Virus record (IMG/VR): IMGVR_UViG_3300046791_000499
Span: 64,001 to 128,000 of that record
Source of the DNA: a virus
DNA: 64,000 nucleotides
Reading direction: 5' to 3' (one strand)
Shown here piece after piece: positions 18,027-28,254 of the stretch; the first letter of the stretch is position 1; each line of letters opens with the position of its first letter. A model generated the notes under the pieces. It saw only the letters and a program-made list of their open reading frames with translations. It was not told the origin of the DNA and did not search any database. Position numbers and translations under genes: made by a program.

Positions 18027-18815
18027 CTACTCGCCCTTCGCTTTCAGAGTCTCAGGCGAATTCAGACCGATCGCGGTGTTCCATGCGGTCTGCGCTGTGG
18101 TGGCGCCCGTAAAGGCTGGTCCGGCGCCAGCGGCCACGAGAGCGTTGAGCATCGATGTCATCGCCGAACTCAACGCAGCCCAGTTGGTGAGCGACAGCGC
18201 AGCCGGACCGCCTATGGTCACCGATTGCCCCGTGGGAACATCGATCGCAACCGAGCCCGAGGCGCTCAGCGTTATGGTGGCCGAGACCACCCCAGCCTTG
18301 GTGAGCGTCAGGACCCCGTCCGGTCCCACTCGAAGCGCATCCCCGACCGGGCCTTGGAGCACCCAGTCTTCGTCTTCGTCGGTGACCGAGGCCGGTGGTT
18401 GCGGCGTCGGCGGGGTAATTCGGAAGGGCAGCACCACCGCGTCGGAGAGATCATGGTGCCGCTGGTCGAGCGAGTGCGCCTGGCCGACGAGTTTGGTCTG
18501 CCTCCATCGCTCGGAGTTGCGATCCGAGCAGACGGCGAGGCACTCGTCGCCGGCCGTCATCGGCCAACGCATGGAGAATCCTCCACCGCCTGGGAAGGCG
18601 ACTGGGGCGCTCGGAGCCTGTCCATCGCCTTTCTCTTCGCCGCCGCGCCGCGAGCCGATGCCAGCATCAAAGTCGACGTCCATCTCGCCGAGGGCCTGTC
18701 GCGCGATCGCTGCGATCTTGCCGAGCACGACGGTCCGCGCGTTGCGGATCTTCTCGTCGATGACGACGGCGATCGCCTCGATCAGCACGCCCGCGTCACC
18801 AGTCTTGGCCGTCAT
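18027..18815 (-). CDS. Baseplate spike (Gp138-like)
   Basis: 'PVAFPGGGGFSMRWPMTAGDECLAVCSDRN', 'RHHDLSDAVVLP'. Confidence 0.85.
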   Translation of the reverse strand: MTAKTGDAGVLIEAIAVVIDEKIRNARTVVLGKIAAIARQALGEMDVDFDAGIGSRRGGEEKGDGQAPSAPVAFPGGGGFSMRWPMTAGDECLAVCSDRNSERWRQTKLVGQAHSLDQRHHDLSDAVVLPFRITPPTPQPPASVTDEDEDWVLQGPVGDALRVGPDGVLTLTKAGVVSATITLSASGSVAIDVPTGQSVTIGGPAALSLTNWAALSSAMTSMLNALVAAGAGPAFTGATTAQTAWNTAIGLNSPETLKAKGE

Positions 18816-21616
18816 TGGACCCCCGGGATCGTCCGCCCACCGCCGTGCGCAGCGAGCAGCCTCTTGCCCTGCAGCTCGAACATCGCAGCCACGAGCGCGG
18901 GCAAGTCTTCCAACTTGGCGAGCATCGCGTCCCGAGCCTGATTCGCGGCATCCTGCATCGCATCGTTCTCCTCGACCGAACCCGCACCGTGGATGGTGAT
19001 CGTGAGGTTCTCGATCAGTTTGATGATCGGGGCGATTGTGATCAAGAGCGTTTGCGGTGGCGGCCTGCCTTCGAGCACCGAGCCTGGACCGCGAAGCCCG
19101 AGCATGTCGAGGATGTTCTTGGACGCCCCGTCGAAGATCCGGCCGGCCTGGCGAAAGCGCTCCTCGAGTTCCTTGGCCCGCGTGCGACCGGCCTCGCGTG
19201 CGAGCGCGACGGCTTGATCTGGATCGGTGCCGCCAGCGATCAGGCGTTCGAGTTCACGCTGAGCGAACTCCTCGGCCTGTTTCTCGGCCGCCTTTTTCAC
19301 GTCCTCCTCGAATTGGAAGAACGTGTCGCCCTTCCCCTTCTTTCCCTTCTTCCCCTTGGCTGCGCCCTTGACCTTGCCGATCTGGCCAACGGCTGCCTCG
19401 GCCGCGGCGTCGGCTGAACCAGTCGAGGCAAAGGTGGCGGTCGCGGTCTCGAACGCTTTCTGGCGCGTCGCTCGATTGCCCTCCAACACGGCCGCTCGCG
19501 CAGCTCGGCCAGCAGCGTCAGCATCCCCGCCGCGCTTTTTGGCCTCGGCTCGGGCTGTCTTCTCAGCTGAGTCCGCTCGGACCCGCTCCGCCTTCGCCAC
19601 AGCGTCGTATACCTGGCGGCCCTCGGCGGTGAACAACTTGGAGGCTCCCTGCTCGGCCTGCTCGGCTGTGCCCTTCGAGAGCTGATTGAGCCGGAAATTG
19701 GCCTCATTCACGTCAGTCTCGGCGAGAAGACCCGCGCCCAGCCCTCCAACCGCACCCTGCACACGAGCCTTTGTCGCCTTCTCGCGTTCCTGTTTCTGCT
19801 TGTCGTACGCCTGGTTGCGCTCAAACCTCGCTCGCTCCATCGCGTCGATGTTGGCGTTGGTCTGCCGGATCGATGCTTCGAGCGCCTTGATCTCCCGCTC
19901 GCTCTCCGAGATCGAATCGTTCAAACCCGTGATGTCGGCTACGGCACTTGCGGCCATGTTGCCGAGCGCGAGACCAACAGCACCAGCCGCCACGACCAGG
20001 CCAGCCGGCCCCATCATCGCCGTGGACATGCCGACGATCAGGAGCGTGGCGTTGATGAGAGCGTTCTCCATCCCGCCCGAGATCTCGATGAAGCTCTGGA
20101 TCGCATCGATGATCATGCCGACCGCCTCGGCCCCACCAACCACCGCATCGTAGAAGGCGTCTAGCGCCCCGCCGACATCCTCTGGCGAGACCGATCCGAT
20201 GAACTCGCGGACCGCTTCGATGGCCGTGACGAGTGCATCCGACAGCACTTGCGCAAAGCCGCCGCTCTCGGAGAACCGGCCATTCAGATCTGTGATCAGG
20301 CCCTTGAAGGCATCGAGCGCGCCGGCCTGTGAGACCTGGTCGAAGAACTGCGCGATGCCGTCCTTCAAGTTCGAGATCATGCCGGCAGCGGTCTCGGTTT
20401 GGTTCGCCATCGAGCCGGCGAACTCGGTCTCGCCAAGGCCCTTCAAATAGGCGCTGATCTCGTCAGAGCTTTTGCCGACCGTGGTGGTCAGGCCCTTGAA
20501 CGTGAAGGCGACCTTGTCTCCTTGGGTCGACGCCTTGATCCCGAATTCTTTGAGCCGCTCGAACTCGCCGGTACTGGCGTCGGCGACAGCCTCGACGAAC
20601 TCGATGATCGGCTTGCCCTGCGCCGCGGCGATGTTACCGAACGCGGTGAGCGATTCGGTCGACGCATCCAGGCCGATGTTTTTGAGCCGGATATAGGCGG
20701 TGGTGACCTCCTCAAGCTCGAATGGTGTGGTCTTGGCGAACTGCTGGATCAGACCGAACGCCGCGCTCGCACCCTCGGCCGAGCCCTCGACGGTCTTGAG
20801 TCGCGACCGGAGCGACTCGAAGTTGACTCCGGTCGAGAGCACGGCGGTGCCCAGGGCCGCGACCCCGATCGCACCAATGGAGGCGACGCGACCAACCGTT
20901 GCCGCGATCCCGCCGATGTCGCTCGCGGTGCTGCGCAGGATCTCTCGGCGACGATCCCGAGTCGATGCCTCATCGTTCAGATCGTCGAGCCGACGACGCT
21001 TGCGGTCCAGGAACAGCCGCGCGTCATCGTCGATCATCTTGTGATGCGACCGCTGACGATCCGAGGCGACCTGTTCGGAGTGCTTCCGGTTGTCCTCCGT
21101 TGCCCGCTCTCGGCTGACCCGTAGCTTGTCGAGCGCTCGCCCTTCCGAGGCCGCGATCCTCTGCGACGCTTTCTCCTCTGCCGCCGCCGCTCGCTCGGAT
21201 GCTCGGATGCGTGCGGCGATCTGCTTGTCCGACGCTGCGATAATCCGCTCGGACGCGCGCTCGTGGGCGGCGGCCTGCTTCGCGGCGAGAGAGTCCTCCT
21301 TGTCGGCGGCCTTCTCAGCGCTCGAGACCGCTTTCAAGAAGTCGGTCTCAGCCCGAACCGCAGCCTTCGCCCGGGTCGCCGCGGCTTTCTCGGCTGCCTT
21401 CGCAGCGCGCTCGGTCTCCTTGGCGAGCTGCCGTTCGGCGACCGCAGCCTTGGCCGCCGTGCGCTCTGACTCACCGAGTGAGCGGTCGAGATCGTCGGTT
21501 GCTCCGGCCGCTCGCTTCGATGTCCTGCTGAGCTTCTCCGCGTCGGCGTCGGCCTCCTTGAAGCCCTCGCCGTTGTACTTGGTGACGATGGAGATGATGA
21601 AGCGGCGCAGTTCCAT
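18812..21616 (-). CDS. Tape measure protein
   Basis: 934 aa, Ala-rich helical; 'FAKTTPFELEEV', 'GEFERLKEFGI'. Confidence 0.93.
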   Translation of the reverse strand: MELRRFIISIVTKYNGEGFKEADADAEKLSRTSKRAAGATDDLDRSLGESERTAAKAAVAERQLAKETERAAKAAEKAAATRAKAAVRAETDFLKAVSSAEKAADKEDSLAAKQAAAHERASERIIAASDKQIAARIRASERAAAAEEKASQRIAASEGRALDKLRVSRERATEDNRKHSEQVASDRQRSHHKMIDDDARLFLDRKRRRLDDLNDEASTRDRRREILRSTASDIGGIAATVGRVASIGAIGVAALGTAVLSTGVNFESLRSRLKTVEGSAEGASAAFGLIQQFAKTTPFELEEVTTAYIRLKNIGLDASTESLTAFGNIAAAQGKPIIEFVEAVADASTGEFERLKEFGIKASTQGDKVAFTFKGLTTTVGKSSDEISAYLKGLGETEFAGSMANQTETAAGMISNLKDGIAQFFDQVSQAGALDAFKGLITDLNGRFSESGGFAQVLSDALVTAIEAVREFIGSVSPEDVGGALDAFYDAVVGGAEAVGMIIDAIQSFIEISGGMENALINATLLIVGMSTAMMGPAGLVVAAGAVGLALGNMAASAVADITGLNDSISESEREIKALEASIRQTNANIDAMERARFERNQAYDKQKQEREKATKARVQGAVGGLGAGLLAETDVNEANFRLNQLSKGTAEQAEQGASKLFTAEGRQVYDAVAKAERVRADSAEKTARAEAKKRGGDADAAGRAARAAVLEGNRATRQKAFETATATFASTGSADAAAEAAVGQIGKVKGAAKGKKGKKGKGDTFFQFEEDVKKAAEKQAEEFAQRELERLIAGGTDPDQAVALAREAGRTRAKELEERFRQAGRIFDGASKNILDMLGLRGPGSVLEGRPPPQTLLITIAPIIKLIENLTITIHGAGSVEENDAMQDAANQARDAMLAKLEDLPALVAAMFELQGKRLLAAHGGGRTIPGVQ

Positions 21617-21628
21617 GGCTCGTCTCCA

Positions 21629-22351
21629 TCACTTCTTCGCCGTCGACGTTGCATCCATCGCCCGGCGCTCGACCTCGGCAGCGTGAGCCGCGATATCGAC
21701 CTGGTCCATGAGCGCGACCGGGGTCCAGTCGGTGAGCACTTCATGGCTGCTGGCGACGTAGCCCATCTTGGCGAGGTTGGCCGCCCACTGCACCGCGGTC
21801 GCTACCCCGGGAACCGGCACGCCGTAGTCTTTGGACTTGGGGCTGCGCAGCGAGTACGGCTTGCGGATCCACAGCGGTTGGAAGGTCTGCTCGATCTGAA
21901 ACGCCAAGACCTGCCAGCGGCCGAACGGGCCAAGCCCTGCCTGCGCCCACGTCGTCCAATCCTCGACCAGCACGTCGTCGACCTTGAGCCGGTCAAACAC
22001 CATGCGCTCGAACACCTGCGCAAGCCAACGGCCTTCCAGGTTCGCACTCACGGCGCAGGCGGTCAGCATTTCGACCGTGCGGCGGACACCATCGGCTGCG
22101 ATGTCGAGCCCTTGCTCGCGGTCGCGAACGGCGTCACCGATCGTGCCCGTGAACCCGTGGTCGGCCAGCACACCGCTCCACAGCGAGCCGACGACGTTGC
22201 CTCGGGCAGCGAGCAGCATGACGAGCGGCTCACCGAACCGATCGATCAACTCGGGCTCGAGTTCAAACGCGGTGATCGGGTCGAGAACCTGTAGCCGGCA
22301 GCGTCGGCCGGTCACAGTGAGACGGCCCCACGGCTGCCGGTAGTAGGTCAC
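21629..22351 (-). CDS. Tail assembly chaperone-like protein 2
   Basis: Lies between chaperone 1 and the tape measure gene; GTGA overlap. Confidence 0.6.
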   Translation of the reverse strand: MTYYRQPWGRLTVTGRRCRLQVLDPITAFELEPELIDRFGEPLVMLLAARGNVVGSLWSGVLADHGFTGTIGDAVRDREQGLDIAADGVRRTVEMLTACAVSANLEGRWLAQVFERMVFDRLKVDDVLVEDWTTWAQAGLGPFGRWQVLAFQIEQTFQPLWIRKPYSLRSPKSKDYGVPVPGVATAVQWAANLAKMGYVASSHEVLTDWTPVALMDQVDIAAHAAEVERRAMDATSTAKK

Positions 22352-22965
22352 CCGGATGCAGCCTCGCTTGGGGGCACGGCAGTCGGGGGATCGACAGGCT
22401 TGGAGGTCGCGGCGACTGGGCGCGCGAAGCTGATCTCGTCGGCGTAGTTGAACCGCAACGACTCCGCGAGCAGGCGCCACTTGGTGGCCGGCGACGAGCC
22501 CACGAGCACCGCGCCGAGCACCTTGTAGTCGGTGATCCTGATCTCGCCCCTACCGGTCTGGACCAGGGTCTTGTTGAACACGGCCAACTGCATGAGGCGA
22601 TGCAGGTCCTTGGGCTCGAGCCGGGCGAGCAGGACCGGGAACGCCTCGCCGAGAAGGCTGCCGGCCACGTCGGGGAGAACCTCGAGCAGCCGAGCCCACG
22701 CCCTGGCGATGCGACCGTCGGACGTGTCGAGGTCCCCGAGGTTGGCCAGGTCGAAGTCAGCCCCGGAGCCCGTGGTCTCGGCCAGGAACAGCGCGACCTC
22801 TTTGGCGAGCGCGTCGACGACGATGCCGACGCCTACGGCTGCCGCGGGACCGAGCACCCGAAGCAAGATGCACTCGATCTCGAACTGCTCTTCGGGACCC
22901 GTACGCGTGATGATCCACGTACGGTCGTCGAAGCTGAGCGTCTTCTTGGGGTCGATGCGATCCAT
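22348..22965 (-). CDS. Tail assembly chaperone
   Basis: Position after the tube gene; 'LLAESLRFNYAD' end motif. Confidence 0.65.
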   Translation of the reverse strand: MDRIDPKKTLSFDDRTWIITRTGPEEQFEIECILLRVLGPAAAVGVGIVVDALAKEVALFLAETTGSGADFDLANLGDLDTSDGRIARAWARLLEVLPDVAGSLLGEAFPVLLARLEPKDLHRLMQLAVFNKTLVQTGRGEIRITDYKVLGAVLVGSSPATKWRLLAESLRFNYADEISFARPVAATSKPVDPPTAVPPSEAASG

Positions 22966-22977
22966 GGATTACCTCGA

Positions 22978-23451
22978 TCACGGCATCAACGAGATGATCT
23001 CTTCTTGGGTCAACTGCGGCGGGTTCACCCACTTGCCGACCTGAGCGATCTGGAACACCCCGATCAGCGGCCAACTGACGACCTCGACGGTATCGGCGTT
23101 GAAGTTTCGCGTCGGCTGGGCCTCGATCGAGACCGAGCCGGAGACGAACTTCGTGGTCTCGTAGGTCAGCGAGACCCCGAGGATCTTTCCGAACTGCCGG
23201 ATCGCCTTGACCGCCGCGAAGATGAACGAGTCGTCCTCGCTCATCGGCATGACGTTGACCGTGAACCGATAGGCGTTGGACCCGTTGATGATGTGCGCCG
23301 CCGTATTGTGAAGGCCGCCAATGAGCGCCGACTCTGGAGACATCTTCTCCAGGATGGCGATCGTCCCGACATCGGGCAGCGCCGTGATGCGCTTGCCGCT
23401 GATGTTCAGGAACAGATTCGATTGTTGGATGATGACGGTCTCGTTGGACAT
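22978..23451 (-). CDS. Tail tube protein
   Basis: 157 aa, beta-rich, directly after the sheath gene. Confidence 0.75.
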   Translation of the reverse strand: MSNETVIIQQSNLFLNISGKRITALPDVGTIAILEKMSPESALIGGLHNTAAHIINGSNAYRFTVNVMPMSEDDSFIFAAVKAIRQFGKILGVSLTYETTKFVSGSVSIEAQPTRNFNADTVEVVSWPLIGVFQIAQVGKWVNPPQLTQEEIISLMP

Positions 23452-23463
23452 GGCTCAGACCTC

Positions 23464-24840
23464 TCAGACGAGCGCGAACTCGGCTTCCACTCGCAGCGCC
23501 GCGAGCTTCGGGGTGATGGTGGCGGAGGCGAGGATGCGCCCGGTCGTCTTGAAGTCGCCGATCGAAAGTTCGGACGGCGGAAGCGTGGACAGATCGAGCG
23601 GCTCGTAGGTCACGGTGAAGTCGTCGCGGATGACACCAGCGGTGACCAGCGGGATCATGTCCTGGCTGATCTTGTCGCAGACGCTCTGCAGCCCGGCCTT
23701 GTCGAGATTGACGCCAGCGTTCGACTGCAAGATCAAGTCGACGGTCTGGCGGATCGTGTACCACCACCAATCCTCGGCGTGGACTTGGTAAATGAAATTG
23801 CCGCTGGAGACGTAGCCGCCGAGCGTGCGCAGGTCATCGGCCGGGCTGTAGAACCGCTCGGTGTATGACGTGAAGCGCTGGCGCATCGTCTGCGTCTGGC
23901 TGAGCGACCGAGCAGCGGTGATCGTCGTTTCGTCGCTGCCCTCCGTGACCAGGAAGTGCCAGGTCCGCGAGCCCGGGAACGCCCCGCCGACACGGCCAAC
24001 CCACGCGGCCGCCATGTAGTCGGTCGCCGTCGGGTGGCTCAGCAGGGCGGCACGCTTGTACTCGCCGTTGAACCAGTCCACCGCGATGTTGGTGGTGTCG
24101 CTGCCGTCGTAGACCCCGACGGTCGCGGTCTCGCCGATCATGACGTTGCGGCGGTTCACGACGTCGGCTCCCGCCCATCGGCGGCCTTCGTCGAGTTCGA
24201 CGTCGAGCGCACCTGGCATGAGAACGCCCCAGAAATTCGAGAGCGGGTAGGCGGCGTCGAGATCCTCGAACGCCCCGACGTTGGCCACCGTCTCCGTCAC
24301 GGTCGGAGCCGTACCGCCTGGTGCTGCCGACGTCGGCGTGAAGCCAACCCCTGGCACGTCGGCCGTGAGACTCAGCGTGTCGGTGTCTACGGAAGCAGCG
24401 GTGATCAGCGCGCCGTAGATGCCACCGTTGAAGGCGGCGACCAACCCGTCCTTGATCTGCGTCGTGGTCGAGCCGCTTGCGGCGAACGTCGCGGCGAGCG
24501 TCCCGTTGATGCTGACGGTGTGGTTGCCGTCGGTCGTGGAGATGATGTCCACGGTCCAGACGTTGGCGACCGGGTTCTCGCGCTTGATCAGGACGATCCG
24601 AGAAACGGCGGTGGCGGTCGGCTCCTGGCTGAATAGTTGGACCGCAGCGTTGAAGGCCGCGTCACCGGTGTCCCAGCCATCCTCCTCCATGAGCGCGGTC
24701 GACGAGTAGTCCGTCGTCTTCGCGGTGATGCCGGCAGGAACGGCGGGTGCCACAATCGCGAAGATCCGTGGGGTGTCCGGCGGTTCGGGTGGAACCTGAT
24801 TGAGCTGCGAATTGATTGCGATCCAGTCGATTGCGGGCAT
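23464..24840 (-). CDS. Tail sheath protein (DUF3383-like)
   Basis: 'AAVQLFSQEPT', 'PGSRTWHF', 'SGNFIYQVHAEDW'. Confidence 0.88.
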   Translation of the reverse strand: MPAIDWIAINSQLNQVPPEPPDTPRIFAIVAPAVPAGITAKTTDYSSTALMEEDGWDTGDAAFNAAVQLFSQEPTATAVSRIVLIKRENPVANVWTVDIISTTDGNHTVSINGTLAATFAASGSTTTQIKDGLVAAFNGGIYGALITAASVDTDTLSLTADVPGVGFTPTSAAPGGTAPTVTETVANVGAFEDLDAAYPLSNFWGVLMPGALDVELDEGRRWAGADVVNRRNVMIGETATVGVYDGSDTTNIAVDWFNGEYKRAALLSHPTATDYMAAAWVGRVGGAFPGSRTWHFLVTEGSDETTITAARSLSQTQTMRQRFTSYTERFYSPADDLRTLGGYVSSGNFIYQVHAEDWWWYTIRQTVDLILQSNAGVNLDKAGLQSVCDKISQDMIPLVTAGVIRDDFTVTYEPLDLSTLPPSELSIGDFKTTGRILASATITPKLAALRVEAEFALV

Positions 24841-24852
24841 GTCGGTCTCCTA

Positions 24853-25692
24853 CTAGGCGACGTTGAGGGCGTGCCCGATCCGGCGGGCGGCGGGGACTTG
24901 GTATGCAGCGGTGGCGTAGCCCAAGAGCGCGAAGTCGAGGGTGCCTTGCGTCTCGCTGCGATCGGCGAGTGTGGTGTTCTGAGCGAGAAGAATTCCGGCC
25001 AGGTTCCAACCGGCGGCCTGCAGCTTCGGCTTGAGCACGCGGTGCATGGCTTTGCGGGCGCGGGTCATGAGGTCGAACCCGGTGGCGAAACCTCGGACCT
25101 CGACGCCTCGGAAGGTCACTCGGCAGACCATGCGCGACCACTCGACCTCGAGTTCGGGGAAGCGCTCGACCAGCGGCGTGATCTCGACGAGATCGGCGTC
25201 GCTCGGAGCGAGAGCGAACAGGGGTTCGTCGGTCGAGCCGGTGACGATGATGCTGGTCGGATCATCGCCATCGATCGCGGCTGTGATCCCAGCGGGCAAC
25301 CCGGCGTCGATGATGGCGAACAGGGCAGCCGCGCTGATGTCGGGTGTCTCCTGTGGGTCCAGGCCCTGGTCGGGCGAGTCGTACGAGAACGTGAGCGGGG
25401 AATCGAAGTCGAACCCGACGTACAAGAGCACGGCGAAGGTCCCGGGCCCGTCCACGAGGATCGTGATCTGCTGCTTCACGATCGATGGGATCGTGCGGAC
25501 CTCTGGCTGACTCAGCGGCACGAGCGAGGTTGCGACCTGGATCAGCGCGGCCGGGAGCGCCACGTCGGGGGCTCCGTCGTCGCGCTTCTCGGGGAAGCAC
25601 ACGCGCTCACCGGGGATGCCGGTAGCCGCAACGACCCAGTCATGGATCGCGTTCTCGACCAGCTCGATGGCGATCGGGGCAGTCGCGGTCAT
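24853..25692 (-). CDS. Neck / tail terminator protein
   Basis: 'ENAIHDWVVAATG'; position before the sheath. Confidence 0.7.
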   Translation of the reverse strand: MTATAPIAIELVENAIHDWVVAATGIPGERVCFPEKRDDGAPDVALPAALIQVATSLVPLSQPEVRTIPSIVKQQITILVDGPGTFAVLLYVGFDFDSPLTFSYDSPDQGLDPQETPDISAAALFAIIDAGLPAGITAAIDGDDPTSIIVTGSTDEPLFALAPSDADLVEITPLVERFPELEVEWSRMVCRVTFRGVEVRGFATGFDLMTRARKAMHRVLKPKLQAAGWNLAGILLAQNTTLADRSETQGTLDFALLGYATAAYQVPAARRIGHALNVA

Positions 25693-26129
25693 GCCGGCCC
25701 CCGTTCCGCCGCGCTGTAGAAGCGGTAGCGTGAATCAGCCACGAGCCCGGCATCGTCCCAAATCTCTTCGCCGGTGATCTCGTAGAGCCGGCCCTGCCAT
25801 TCGACCTGATCCCCCGGAGGACCGTCGGTGTTCTGCGTCGGCGCGATCTGGAGTCCGGTCCAGTTGAGCGCAATCTGGTCGATGTCGTCTTCCACGTAGG
25901 CTGCGGAGAGGAACGTCTTGGATGCCCAGATCTGCGTGCCGCCCGTGGTCGAATCGCCGGGAAGTTGGCGGTTCAATTGGGTGCTCGTCGGCTGGACGTA
26001 CAGCTTCACGAGCGCAACGACGTCATCGGCAGGCGTGAGGCGACCATCGGCCCCACGCGTGCCTGCTACTCGACGACGCACGCGCGTCAGCCGAGAGCCT
26101 TTTTTGACGGCGTTCTCGATCCCACCCAC
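25689..26129 (-). CDS. Head closure protein
   Basis: 'YVQP...L..LP', 'GDQVEWQGRLYEI...W'. Confidence 0.7.
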   Translation of the reverse strand: MGGIENAVKKGSRLTRVRRRVAGTRGADGRLTPADDVVALVKLYVQPTSTQLNRQLPGDSTTGGTQIWASKTFLSAAYVEDDIDQIALNWTGLQIAPTQNTDGPPGDQVEWQGRLYEITGEEIWDDAGLVADSRYRFYSAAERGPA

Positions 26130-26132
26130 GGC

Positions 26133-26681
26133 TCAGCCTGCTTTCTTGACGTCCTTGATCCGCGGGACCTTGGCGATCTTGCGGCTCAGCGCCTCGACCA
26201 GTTCCGGGTTGCGACGGTTCTTCGGGCCTGCGATGACCGGCTTCTTGTGCTCGATCTCCATCAACTGCTCGAGTGCGGCACGTCCAGAAGTCCGAGAGAT
26301 CAGCGCGGTGAATTCGTCCGGGGTGAGCCCGGCGAGGTTGACCTCGACCACCTGCTTGGCCTCGATCAGCTTGGCGATCTCTTTGTGAGCCGAAGCCGCG
26401 GACCACGTCTTGGCGTCCACGAGATTCAGACCAGGCGTGAACATGCCGATGCTGCCATCGGGAAGGCCGAACGCGACCGGGCTGGGCTCGGCGTAGCGAG
26501 TCGGCGCGGGCGGACGCTTCGGTGCGTTCTTCGGTCGCACAGCGGCCGGGAGTTTCACGAGTTCTGGCTTGTAGTCCACGGCGACCAGCCCGGGGCTTGT
26601 CGGTTGTGGTGCACTCGGCACGGGGCCAGACGCACTGCGGCCGCGGGGGCTTGGCTTCTCGGTCTTGTCTTCTTCGCTCAT
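26133..26681 (-). CDS. Hypothetical virion-module protein (paralog of 27629-28249)
   Basis: 'PGLNLVD..W' and 'R.PELVEAL' shared with the paralog. Confidence 0.65.
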   Translation of the reverse strand: MSEEDKTEKPSPRGRSASGPVPSAPQPTSPGLVAVDYKPELVKLPAAVRPKNAPKRPPAPTRYAEPSPVAFGLPDGSIGMFTPGLNLVDAKTWSAASAHKEIAKLIEAKQVVEVNLAGLTPDEFTALISRTSGRAALEQLMEIEHKKPVIAGPKNRRNPELVEALSRKIAKVPRIKDVKKAG

Positions 26682-27157
26682 ACGTCGTCTCCGTCTGTTC
26701 CGATCTCGAAATCGATGGCCTTGAGCATGTCGCCGCTGTCGACCAGCTTTTGATCGTGGCCCTTGCGATCGATGGTGCTCTGCGCGAGCGGGTCTCCGCC
26801 CACCTGTCGGGTCTCAATCACCGCCTTGGCCGACTTTTTCATGAGCCGGCCGAGCATGGTGAGAGCCTGGATGGGGGTGGCAACGCAGTCAGCGACCGCA
26901 CCGACATCGTCCTTGGCCTCCTCACCGAGTAGCGGTGCACTCTGGTCGGCCGCGATCGAGAGCCAGGGACGTGGCTTGACGTACGGCTCCCCGTTGTCTC
27001 GCTGGGCCTTGGAGCCTAGTTCGTTGATCGCACCCTTGAATGCTTGCTCAGGCTCGAGCAAGCCGGCCGACACGCGCATGCGATCCAGCCCAGCGAGGTT
27101 TCGCTGAGTCTTCCGCCAACCGAGGTCGACGTCTTGGATCTTGATCGTGGTGCCCAT
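26678..27157 (-). CDS. Neck / tail completion protein
   Basis: 'KPRPWL', 'PLAQSTIDRKGHDQKLVDSGDM'. Confidence 0.8.
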   Translation of the reverse strand: MGTTIKIQDVDLGWRKTQRNLAGLDRMRVSAGLLEPEQAFKGAINELGSKAQRDNGEPYVKPRPWLSIAADQSAPLLGEEAKDDVGAVADCVATPIQALTMLGRLMKKSAKAVIETRQVGGDPLAQSTIDRKGHDQKLVDSGDMLKAIDFEIGTDGDDV

Positions 27158-27186
27158 CGGTCAGCCGTAGAGAATGGTTCTAGGAG

Positions 27187-27609
27187 TCATGAGTTTGTCG
27201 CTCGCGTGGACCCGATCGAACGGGGGAGAGTTCTGCGACGGGCTTGGCACTTCTCGAACTTGGCCAGCTCGAACGCGAAGAGAGTCCCGAAGGGCGAGCC
27301 AGCGAACAGGCCCGACGCCGAGGTCGCGGTCCCGTAGGTCACCGACACGCGCCCGACCGTCTCGCTCTCGACGGTCGAACCTGACTCAGCACCGGCACCC
27401 GGGGTCACCGTGAGTAGGTGCTGAGCCAGCAAAGTGATCATGTTGCAGGGGTCGACCCCGCAACCGATGTAGGCGAGTTCCTTGGTGGCCTGTCCGGCTG
27501 CGGGCCCGAGCACAATCAAGACCGCCTGTGCGATGAACAGCTCCGCCAGATCGGCGTCGACGTCAGCGAACAGGGGGCCAAGACTGTCCTGGGTGATCGT
27601 GCAGGTCAT
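27187..27609 (-). CDS. Head-tail adaptor (DUF4054-like)
   Basis: 'LLAQHLL', 'SETVGRVSVTYG', 'SPFG..F'. Confidence 0.8.
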   Translation of the reverse strand: MTCTITQDSLGPLFADVDADLAELFIAQAVLIVLGPAAGQATKELAYIGCGVDPCNMITLLAQHLLTVTPGAGAESGSTVESETVGRVSVTYGTATSASGLFAGSPFGTLFAFELAKFEKCQARRRTLPRSIGSTRATNS

Positions 27610-27628
27610 GAAGGAATCCGCCTCGAGA

Positions 27629-28249
27629 TCAGCCCATCGCCAACGACGGCTGCGGTGCGTTGGTATCCTTGACCAAGGGCACCGCGCGCTGGAACGCGAT
27701 CGTCTTGAGCTTGACCGGCCGCGCCTTCGCCTGCCGGTCGGCAACCGCGTCGAGGATCTCGGGGCGGCCATCGCCGTGCCGCTCCTGATCCGCGATCCAC
27801 TGCAGGCCGGTTGGGTCGATCGACCGAGCGATCAGATCGAGTACGGCGCCGCTGTCATCGGGCAGAGCCGTCAACTCGCGGATCTGCTTGGCCTTGACCA
27901 ACTCCATCACCTGGGGATGACCTGGCTCGCCGGCCGCCGACTTGGCGGTCCTCGTGTAGAAGCGCCAGAGGTCGGCTGAGATGACGTTGACCCCGGGTTG
28001 CAGTTGCAGATCCGCCTGCCCGTTCTCCGGCCAGAAAGCCATCAACGGGGAGAGCCGGTGTGCAACTGCTCGGTCGTTCCGAACAGCGCCCTTGTCTACG
28101 GTGCCTCGGCCCACCATGCCGCGGTAGTCGAGGATGACGTGGGTCTTCTTGGGCGGCTTGGCGGCCGCCTCGTTGGGAACGGTAGTGGTTTCGCTGGACA
28201 TTGGGGTCTCGCTCTCGGGGTTCACGTCGTCTGCTTTGCGTCGGGCCAT
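27629..28249 (-). CDS. Hypothetical protein downstream of the capsid gene
   Basis: 'LQPGVNVISADLW', 'RPEILDAV'. Confidence 0.65.
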   Translation of the reverse strand: MARRKADDVNPESETPMSSETTTVPNEAAAKPPKKTHVILDYRGMVGRGTVDKGAVRNDRAVAHRLSPLMAFWPENGQADLQLQPGVNVISADLWRFYTRTAKSAAGEPGHPQVMELVKAKQIRELTALPDDSGAVLDLIARSIDPTGLQWIADQERHGDGRPEILDAVADRQAKARPVKLKTIAFQRAVPLVKDTNAPQPSLAMG

Positions 28250-28254
28250 GACGA

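Noticed and set aside
22340-22400. Programmed frameshift between the tail chaperone genes
   Set aside because: No convincing slippery heptamer; a GTGA overlap explains the second gene
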